Part shown: positions 56,592 to 64,000 of the stretch, piece by piece
Numbering within the stretch: position 1 is the first letter of the stretch
How the letters are laid out: every line of letters starts with the position of its first letter
Assembly: GCA_042562855.1 (NCBI GenBank)
Contig: JBHPNE010000005.1
Location: forward strand, 154-64,153
Source: Elusimicrobiota bacterium
Lineage (GTDB): Bacteria; Elusimicrobiota; Endomicrobiia; Endomicrobiales; JAPLKN01
Length of the DNA: 64,000 nt
Reading direction: 5' to 3'
Made by a program: the position numbers and the translations under genes
Notes under the pieces: model-generated
Seen by the model: the letters and a program-made list of their open reading frames with translations, nothing else
Databases searched by the model: none
What the model was told of the DNA's origin: nothing

Positions 56592-58796
56592 ATGAAACCT
56601 TTTCTAAACGACTTAAATCCAGACCAAAAAGAAGCTGTCCTGCATATTGATAATCCTCTGATTATTTTTGCCGGAGCTGGCACCGGTAAAACCCGTGTTA
56701 TTACATATCGTATTGCTTACCTTTTAGAAAACGGTATAGCGCCGTGGAATATAATGGCTGTAACTTTTACCAATAAGGCTGCAGGGGAAATGAGAAAACG
56801 CGTGGATTCTTTGGTCCCTGGGAAAGGCGCAAATGTAAATATTTCAACCTTTCATTCTTTTTGTGCAAAATTTTTACGCACAGAGTCAGAAAACATAGGA
56901 TTAGCTTCGGATTTTTTAATATATGATACAACGGATCAGAAAAATGTCATAAAAGAATGTATAAAAGAGCTCGAAATCGACGATAAAAAATTCAAACCCA
57001 GCCGTTTTCTTGCATTGATCAGCAGGGCCAAGGACGATCTGATAGAACCGCAAAATTATGAAGTACAGACCTCGTCTGAAGGAGAGTTTTTGAGGCAAAT
57101 GACGGCCTCGGTTTATAAACTTTATCAGCAAAAGCTTGCAAGAACCAGCGCGTTGGATTTCGGGGATCTGCTCATGTATTCTGTTTTGGCTCTTAGAGAC
57201 AACGAAGCCATAAGAAAGAAATATCAGGAGAGATTTAAGTATATTTTGGTAGATGAATACCAAGACACAAACCATGCGCAGTATATGCTCACAAAATATT
57301 TGTCTGAAAAAAACAAAAACATATGTGTTGTCGGCGACGACGACCAGTCGGTGTATTCGTGGCGGGGTGCTGACATCAAAAATATACTAGAATTTGAAAA
57401 GGACTATCCGGGCTGCCGGACAATTAAGCTAGAGCAGAATTACCGCTCTACGCCGAATATTTTATCCTGTGCATGGAATGTGGTGCAGAATAATCAAGAC
57501 AGGATAGAGAAAAAACTTTGGACAAAAAATGATGAAGGCAACGAAATTAGAATAAATGAAAATATAAACGAACTCGAAGAAGCCCAAAAAATTGCCGATG
57601 AAGTAGAATTTCTTCAAGGCAAAGAAAAAATCAAGCTTAATGAATTTGCGGTTTTTTACAGGACAAATGCCCAATCCCGTGTTTTTGAAGATGCTTTCAG
57701 AAGGGCAGGTATTCCTTATACGGTAATTGGTTCGATGCGGTTTTATGAAAGGGCCGAAGTCAAAGATATTTTGGCGTACATGAGGCTTATACACAATTCG
57801 AACGACGATGTCAGCTTTAAGAGGGTGATCAATGTCCCGAGAAGAGGTGTTGGTAAAACCTCTATGGAAATATTGCAAGGAATTGCAAAAGAAAAATCCG
57901 TTTCTTTATGGAGCGCAGTAGATTATGCTCAAGAAACCAGGCTTTCAAAAAATATTACAAAAGTGTTGCGCGATTTCAAGTGCTTTATTCAAAGTTTCAG
58001 AGCGAAAAAAGATGAAATGACCGTTTTAGAAATTGCGCGCGATGTAGTCCATAAAACAGAATATATTAAAGAGCTTGAAGCAGAAGATACAATCGAAGCA
58101 AAAAGCAAAATAGAAAATATTTATGAATTAATATCCGCTATTGATGAGTTTGAGAGAAGGTCGCCTGATAAATCCTTGTCCGGGTATTTGACCCAAGTTT
58201 CACTTATCAGCGACGTCGACGATTTGGATGACGATCAGGAGAAAGTTACTTTAATGACACTGCACCTTGCAAAAGGTTTAGAATTTAATTCTGTGTTTAT
58301 TACAGGTCTTGAAGAGGGGCTTTTCCCGATAGGAGAAGCATCGTTTGATCCCAAAGAACTTGAAGAAGAGCGCAGGCTCATGTATGTCGGCATGACAAGG
58401 GCCAAGAAGTATTTGTTTCTAAGCTGGGCAGCAGAGAGAAGAGTTTTCGGCAAGAGCAGATGGAATATGCCGTCCAGATTCATTGGAGAAACCGGGATAG
58501 ATATTCCTGATAAAATTACCCCGGATATGGATGTTGACATGGACATTAAACCGGCATATGCTGCCAAAACCTTAGACTACAGCAAAAGTTTTGTCAGAGA
58601 GCAGATTCCGGTAAGGGAGCATGGGGAAAGCGGGAAATATATTTTAGGCGGAAGGGTTAAACATGGAACATTCGGAGAGGGTAAAATAATAGATAAAACA
58701 GGTTTAGGAGAAAATTTTAAACTGGTTGTACTATTTGATTCCGGACAGTGGAAGAAACTTGTTGTAAAATATGCAAATCTTGAAATAATTGGCTAA
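56592..58796 (+). CDS. pcrA: ATP-dependent DNA helicase PcrA/UvrD
   Basis: AGAGTGKT, VDEYQDTN, GDDDQSVYSWRGA, LEQNYRS, YRTNAQSR and EEERRLMYVGMTRA motifs; C-terminal Tudor-like VKHGTFGEG. Confidence 0.95.
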   Translation: MKPFLNDLNPDQKEAVLHIDNPLIIFAGAGTGKTRVITYRIAYLLENGIAPWNIMAVTFTNKAAGEMRKRVDSLVPGKGANVNISTFHSFCAKFLRTESENIGLASDFLIYDTTDQKNVIKECIKELEIDDKKFKPSRFLALISRAKDDLIEPQNYEVQTSSEGEFLRQMTASVYKLYQQKLARTSALDFGDLLMYSVLALRDNEAIRKKYQERFKYILVDEYQDTNHAQYMLTKYLSEKNKNICVVGDDDQSVYSWRGADIKNILEFEKDYPGCRTIKLEQNYRSTPNILSCAWNVVQNNQDRIEKKLWTKNDEGNEIRINENINELEEAQKIADEVEFLQGKEKIKLNEFAVFYRTNAQSRVFEDAFRRAGIPYTVIGSMRFYERAEVKDILAYMRLIHNSNDDVSFKRVINVPRRGVGKTSMEILQGIAKEKSVSLWSAVDYAQETRLSKNITKVLRDFKCFIQSFRAKKDEMTVLEIARDVVHKTEYIKELEAEDTIEAKSKIENIYELISAIDEFERRSPDKSLSGYLTQVSLISDVDDLDDDQEKVTLMTLHLAKGLEFNSVFITGLEEGLFPIGEASFDPKELEEERRLMYVGMTRAKKYLFLSWAAERRVFGKSRWNMPSRFIGETGIDIPDKITPDMDVDMDIKPAYAAKTLDYSKSFVREQIPVREHGESGKYILGGRVKHGTFGEGKIIDKTGLGENFKLVVLFDSGQWKKLVVKYANLEIIG

Positions 58797-58834
58797 AATT
58801 ATAGTATAATCAAGGTGTTTTAAAGGAAAAACGC

Positions 58835-59128
58835 ATGAAAATCACAAAAAAAGATGTTGAATATGTTGCACGTCTTGCAAGGTTAGAGCTGACCGAAAAA
58901 GAAAAAGGGCAGTTTGCGTCTCAGCTGGAATCAATTCTTTCATATATTGATCAGCTTAATGAAGTAGACACCAAAAGTGTTAAACCAACGAGCCACGTTT
59001 TGGATTTATCAAACGTATGGAGGGAAGACAAGGTAAAGAAGTCTTCCGACGAACTTATAGAAAAAATTATTAATAATTCTCCTGAAAAAGAGGACAATTT
59101 CTTTAAAGTATCCAAAGTATTGGAATAA
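58835..59128 (+). CDS. gatC: Asp/Glu-tRNA amidotransferase subunit C
   Basis: VEYVARLARL, LNEVDT and WRED motifs. Confidence 0.93.
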   Translation: MKITKKDVEYVARLARLELTEKEKGQFASQLESILSYIDQLNEVDTKSVKPTSHVLDLSNVWREDKVKKSSDELIEKIINNSPEKEDNFFKVSKVLE

Positions 59129-59151
59129 ATCTAACTTAACAGAGGGTTATC

Positions 59152-60144
59152 ATGATCAAGGCAATTTATTTAAAAAATGGAAAAGGTATCACCGAAACGA
59201 GCATTAAAAAAATCCCCTCTATTATTAAGAAAAAGCCGGAGCTTATTTGGCTGGACATTACCGTTGAGAATAATACTCTGGAAAGCGATGAAATAACTCT
59301 TTTAGCCGATATTTTTAAGTTCCATGAATTATCAATTGAAGACTGTCTTTTTCCTCAGTATCATCCGAAGGTGGAAGAATTTGCAACATACGTTTTTACT
59401 GCTGTGCACGGTATTAGAACAAAAGCAAAGGATTTATCTGATTTCGAAGAATCAATTTATGAGCTCGATTTATTTATCGGCTCGGGCTTCGTTGTAACGG
59501 TTCACACGGGTGAGCTTCTAATAGTAGACTCATTATTTGAAAGAGCTAAGCTAAAGCCCGGAGTGGAATTAAAAAGCCTGGAAAATCTGCTTTATAATAT
59601 TTTGCACAAGGTAGTTAACGGTTTTGAAAATGCAATGGAGAAACTAAGCGACAGACTGGACGAGATCGAGGATCAGGTTTTAGAAAATCCGACAAATGAA
59701 TTAATGCAGGAAATCTTTACAATGAAGAAAGTCCTCTTAAATCTACGCAAAGTATCTGAACCACAGCAGAATGTTTATACGTATTTTACCAGAGGATCCA
59801 GCGAATTTATTTCTAAAAAATCGAAAGCCTACTTCAGGGACATTTTCTTTCAATTTTCAAGAATCAACCAGTCTATATCGTCAAACAATCAGATGATAAG
59901 CAGTCTCTTGGAAATTTATATGTCCGGCGTAACGCTCAAACTCAATGAAGTTATAAAGTTTTTAACAGTTATTGCCACTATCCTTTTGCCGGCACTATTG
60001 ATAGCGAGTTATTACGGGATGAATGTTCAGTTCCCCGAGCACGCTTTTTTTGGAAATGACAAAGTGTGGTATTTTATTATAGGTCTTATTGTTGCAGCTA
60101 CTCTTACGGTATTTATATACATAAAGAAGAAAAAGTGGTTTTAA
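59152..60144 (+). CDS. corA: magnesium/cobalt transporter CorA
   Basis: FHELSIED, YFRD, YGMN signature, two C-terminal TM helices. Confidence 0.92.
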   Translation: MIKAIYLKNGKGITETSIKKIPSIIKKKPELIWLDITVENNTLESDEITLLADIFKFHELSIEDCLFPQYHPKVEEFATYVFTAVHGIRTKAKDLSDFEESIYELDLFIGSGFVVTVHTGELLIVDSLFERAKLKPGVELKSLENLLYNILHKVVNGFENAMEKLSDRLDEIEDQVLENPTNELMQEIFTMKKVLLNLRKVSEPQQNVYTYFTRGSSEFISKKSKAYFRDIFFQFSRINQSISSNNQMISSLLEIYMSGVTLKLNEVIKFLTVIATILLPALLIASYYGMNVQFPEHAFFGNDKVWYFIIGLIVAATLTVFIYIKKKKWF

Positions 60145-60180
60145 TACTATTGCTGGCATAAAAAATTTAGGATAATTTGT

Positions 60181-61647
60181 ATGGGAAACAATATTTTAGA
60201 GCTTAGCGCGCGTGAACTTGCAAAAAAAGTACAATCACGCGAATTAAAGAGCACCGAAATTGTTAATGAATATTTAAAGAGAATTGAAAAGTATGAGCCT
60301 AAGGTTAAGGCTTTTGTAACAGTCCTAAAAGATAGTGCGCTAGAGCAGGCAGAATTAGTGGATAAAAAAGTAGAAAAAGGAGAAAAAGTCGGGTCTTTGT
60401 CCGGTGTTCCGATTGCAATAAAAGATAACATTCAAATTGACGGATTTCCAACCACCTGCTCTTCAAAAATATTAGAAAAATTTAAAGCTCCGTATGATGC
60501 TACCGTTACAGAAAAACTAAAAGCCTCCGATGCAGTTTTTGTAGGAAAAACCAATCTGGATGAATTTGCCATGGGTTCTTCTACCGAAAACTCGGCATTT
60601 TTCACTACAAAAAATCCATGGAATACATTGCACATCTGCGGCGGATCTTCAGGAGGAAGTGCTGCAAGCGTTTCGGCCGGCATGGCGCCGATATCTATCG
60701 GCTCTGATACCGGAGGTTCAATAAGACAGCCTGCTTCTTGCTGCGGCGTTATCGGGATGAAGCCGACATACGGCTCGGTGAGCAGATACGGGCTTGTTGC
60801 TTTTGCTTCGTCACTTGATCAGATAGGTCCTTTTGCAAGAAATATTGAAGACACCTCACTTCTTCTTCAGATAATATCCGGATATGACAGTAAAGATTCA
60901 ACTTCGGTAAATAGAAAAGTACCGGATTATCCGTCGCTGATTAAAAAAGATATTAAAGGTTTAAAAATCGGCATACCGAAAGAATATTTTATAGAAGGTT
61001 TGAGCAAAGAAGTTGAAAAATCAGTTAAGGAAGCCATTAAAGTATTGGAGGGCCAGGGTGCGGTTGTAAAAGAGATTTCGCTTCCGAACACAAAATATGC
61101 AGTTGCAGTTTATTATATTCTTGCAACATCGGAGGCTTCAGCAAATTTAGCAAGATATGACGGTGTAAGATACGGATTTAGGGCAAAAGCTGAAAATTTG
61201 CTTGAAGCATACGAAAAAAGCAGAGGCCAGGGTTTTGGCGAGGAAGTTAAGAGGAGAATAATGCTTGGAACTTATGCACTGTCTGCGGGATATTATGATG
61301 CATACTACGGGAAAGCCCAGAGTGTAAGAACTTTGGTGAAGGAAGATTTTGAAAAAGCTTTTGAAAAAGTAGATTTGATTGTTACGCCAACAAGTCCGAC
61401 GCCGGCTTTCAAAATTGGAGAAAAAACTTCCGACCCATTGCAGATGTATTTATCAGATATTTTTACAATTTCATGCAACCTTGCAGGGCTTCCGGGAATA
61501 TCTATTCCTTGCGGATTTTCTAGTGAAAAACTTCCCATTGGCCTGCAAATGATCGGGAATTTTTTTAAGGAAGAAGATATCCTGCGCGCCGGATATCACT
61601 ATCAGAAAAATACGGATTGGCATTCAGAGCGTCCGGAAATAGTATAG
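60181..61647 (+). CDS. gatA: Asp/Glu-tRNA amidotransferase subunit A
   Basis: [34 protein letters not shown] and [11 protein letters not shown] motifs. Confidence 0.96.
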   Translation: MGNNILELSARELAKKVQSRELKSTEIVNEYLKRIEKYEPKVKAFVTVLKDSALEQAELVDKKVEKGEKVGSLSGVPIAIKDNIQIDGFPTTCSSKILEKFKAPYDATVTEKLKASDAVFVGKTNLDEFAMGSSTENSAFFTTKNPWNTLHICGGSSGGSAASVSAGMAPISIGSDTGGSIRQPASCCGVIGMKPTYGSVSRYGLVAFASSLDQIGPFARNIEDTSLLLQIISGYDSKDSTSVNRKVPDYPSLIKKDIKGLKIGIPKEYFIEGLSKEVEKSVKEAIKVLEGQGAVVKEISLPNTKYAVAVYYILATSEASANLARYDGVRYGFRAKAENLLEAYEKSRGQGFGEEVKRRIMLGTYALSAGYYDAYYGKAQSVRTLVKEDFEKAFEKVDLIVTPTSPTPAFKIGEKTSDPLQMYLSDIFTISCNLAGLPGISIPCGFSSEKLPIGLQMIGNFFKEEDILRAGYHYQKNTDWHSERPEIV

Positions 61648-61654
61648 AGGAAAT

Positions 61655-63112
61655 ATGGCATTTGAGACAATTATAGGCCTTGAAGTTCACTCGCAGTTAA
61701 ATACGGACTCAAAAATATTCTGCGGATGTTCAACCTCTGTCGATTCAAAACCGAATACGAACATTTGTCCGGTTTGCACGGGCAATCCGGGCGTACTGCC
61801 GGTATTGAATAAAAAAGTTGTGGAATACGTTGTAAAAACAGGGATTGCCCTTAACTCAAAGATCAATAAGCGCTCTGTTTTTGCCAGAAAACAATATTTT
61901 TATCCCGACCTGCCTAAAAATTACCAAATTTCACAATATGAACTGCCTGTTATTGAACACGGCTCCATTGATATACATGTTAATAACGAAAAGAAAAAAA
62001 TAGGTATAACAAGAATTCATTTAGAAGAAGATGCAGGCAAACTTCTTCATGCGATAGGCAGCAGAGAATTGGACTATTCGCTTGTTGATTTGAACCGTAC
62101 CGGCGTACCCCTCATGGAAATTGTTTCAGAGCCCGATATGCGCACGCCTGAAGATGCTTACCAGTATTTGGCCGCATTAAAAAGTATTATTGAATACTTG
62201 GGCGTTTCTGAATGTAATATGGAAGAGGGGAAATTCAGATGCGATGCAAATGTCAGCATAAGGCCTGTCGGCCAAAAAGAATTCGGCACAAAAGCCGAGT
62301 TAAAGAACATGAATTCACTTTCGGGGGTGAGAGATGCATTGGCTTATGAAATCCAAAGGCAGACCGAAGAAATTAATTCCGGGAAAAAAATTATCCAGGA
62401 GACGAGACTATGGGATCCGGATGCAAAAGTTACCCGCGCGATGAGAACAAAAGAAGAAGCGCATGATTACAGATACTTTCCCGATCCCGACCTGGTTCCG
62501 ATTATTCTGGATGATGAGTATATTAACGAAATAAAAAAATCTTTACCGGAGCTCCCTCTAGTGCGGCGCCAACGACTCATAAATGAGTTAGGCTTATCGG
62601 ATTATGATTCAGAAGTTATTACTTCCGAAAAAGCTTTGGCGGATTATTATGAACAGGCTGTAAATGAGACAAAAGAAAAATGCGACATTTCCAAGACGGC
62701 TAAGCCTATTGCAAACTGGCTGACAACGGAGCTTTTGGGCCGTTTAAATGCCAATAAGAAAACTATCAAAGAATCGCCTGTTTTACCTAAAGATCTGGGA
62801 AAGCTAATCGTTCTGATACAAGACGGGACGATATCAGGAAAAATTGCAAAAACCGTATTTGATGAAATGTTTAAAACCTCTAAAGCTCCTGATGCTATTG
62901 TAAAAGAGAAAGGCTTGGTGCAGATTTCTGACGAATCTGCCGTTATCAAAATTTGCGAGGAAGCCATACTTGAGAACCCCAAAGCGGTTGAGGAATATAA
63001 AGCAGGCAAAGAGCGTGCAATAGGTGCAATTGTCGGCGCTGTCATGAAGAAATCAAAAGGACAGGCAAATCCCCAAGTCGTTAACAAAATTCTAGTTAAA
63101 CTCCTAAATTAA
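61655..63112 (+). CDS. gatB: Asp/Glu-tRNA amidotransferase subunit B
   Basis: [35 protein letters not shown] and [10 protein letters not shown] motifs. Confidence 0.97.
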   Translation: MAFETIIGLEVHSQLNTDSKIFCGCSTSVDSKPNTNICPVCTGNPGVLPVLNKKVVEYVVKTGIALNSKINKRSVFARKQYFYPDLPKNYQISQYELPVIEHGSIDIHVNNEKKKIGITRIHLEEDAGKLLHAIGSRELDYSLVDLNRTGVPLMEIVSEPDMRTPEDAYQYLAALKSIIEYLGVSECNMEEGKFRCDANVSIRPVGQKEFGTKAELKNMNSLSGVRDALAYEIQRQTEEINSGKKIIQETRLWDPDAKVTRAMRTKEEAHDYRYFPDPDLVPIILDDEYINEIKKSLPELPLVRRQRLINELGLSDYDSEVITSEKALADYYEQAVNETKEKCDISKTAKPIANWLTTELLGRLNANKKTIKESPVLPKDLGKLIVLIQDGTISGKIAKTVFDEMFKTSKAPDAIVKEKGLVQISDESAVIKICEEAILENPKAVEEYKAGKERAIGAIVGAVMKKSKGQANPQVVNKILVKLLN

Positions 63113-63121
63113 ATCCAAGAT

Positions 63122-64000
63122 ATGAATATGGAACTAAACCAGATTAAGAAATTCAGCTATACCGATATTTTAGGCTGGTCCGTATCTAGGCATGATAAAT
63201 TCATGCTATGCAGGCGGCAATATTACTACGATTATTATGCAAAATACGATACCGAATACGGAAGGCTAAAGATTGATTCATTAAAGAAAATGACGTCCAT
63301 ACCTCTGGAGATAGGCAATATCGTACACGACGTGATAAAAGTATTTCTGGAGAGACTTCTAAAAACTGAAAAAGCAATTGATAAAACAAAATTCTTAAAA
63401 TATGCCGAAGAAAAAACAAATGAGTATTGTAAGTCCAAGACTTTTTCAGAAGTTTATTATAAGGCTATCCCATCCCTTGATATTAAACTTCTTTTTGAAA
63501 AGGTAGAGCTTATATTAAATAATCTTATAAACAGCAAAAGATATAATTGGATAATTGATAAGGCGATTGAAAATAAGAGGGGATGGGTAATAGAGCCCCC
63601 GGGATATGGTGAGACACGGATTAACGACCTCAAAGCATATTGCAAAGTCGATTTCCTGTTCCCGGTAGAAAATAAAATTTATATTTTAGATTGGAAGACC
63701 GGTAAAAAAGATGAAATAAAGCATAAAAAACAACTTGTGGGATATTCACTCTGGGCGTCATATCATTTTGGGAAAAAACCTGAAGATATTGTGCCCATAG
63801 ATGTGTACATGAAGCCCGTTTATGAGGAAATGCAAATAGAGGTCACTGGAGCTGACATAGAGAAATTCTCTAATACAGTAAAAGAAGAAACTAAGGCAAT
63901 GTATGAATTCTGCGATAATATTGAAAAAAATATTCCTAAGGGGAAAGATAAATTTGAGCAGACACAAAATCTTTCTATTTGTAATTACTGCAATTATAGA
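63122..64000 (+). CDS. PD-(D/E)XK nuclease, Cas4/AddB-like with probable Fe-S staple (3' truncated by window; absent from the ORF track)
   Basis: Open frame from ATG 63122: GWSVSRHDKFMLCRRQYYY...IGNIVH...KVDF...ILDWKTG...QLVGY...ICNYCNYR. Confidence 0.82.
   Translation, partial: MNMELNQIKKFSYTDILGWSVSRHDKFMLCRRQYYYDYYAKYDTEYGRLKIDSLKKMTSIPLEIGNIVHDVIKVFLERLLKTEKAIDKTKFLKYAEEKTNEYCKSKTFSEVYYKAIPSLDIKLLFEKVELILNNLINSKRYNWIIDKAIENKRGWVIEPPGYGETRINDLKAYCKVDFLFPVENKIYILDWKTGKKDEIKHKKQLVGYSLWASYHFGKKPEDIVPIDVYMKPVYEEMQIEVTGADIEKFSNTVKEETKAMYEFCDNIEKNIPKGKDKFEQTQNLSICNYCNYR

Overview
AT-rich bacterial chromosomal window of mostly + strand housekeeping genes, probably from an anaerobic diderm (four-subunit PFOR, TolC/RND). 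An Elusimicrobiota-like lineage is only my guess. In order it holds: a pyrB-pyrC-pyrK-pyrD-(LTA-synthase-like)-pyrF-pyrE-purM-purN-purB cluster, a GH161-like phosphorylase split by a frameshift, tRNA-Ser(GGA), a radical SAM/nucleoside phosphorylase operon, rsgA, a double-domain thyX, prmA, tRNA-Ala(CGC), dnaX-recR, porCDAB, tRNA-Asn(GTT), mnmA, a three-domain trehalose enzyme, a TetR-TolC-MFP-RND operon, hisS, uppP-dedA, pcrA/uvrD, gatC-corA-gatA-gatB and a Cas4/AddB-like nuclease running off the end. Four signals stand out. (1) A 59-aa bacterial histone-fold gene (19216-19395) is missing from the ORF track. (2) Two different tRNA genes are each preceded by tandem copies of their own 5' ends, most breaking at the D-loop GG and interleaved with short hairpin modules, which suggests a process that targets tRNA 5' ends. 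(3) The RND pump lacks the whole Asp-Asp-Lys proton relay and has a truncated adaptor. (4) An uncharacterised B12-radical SAM / SPL-like radical SAM / nucleoside phosphorylase operon is present. All family calls come from recognising motifs by eye; no database searches were run.
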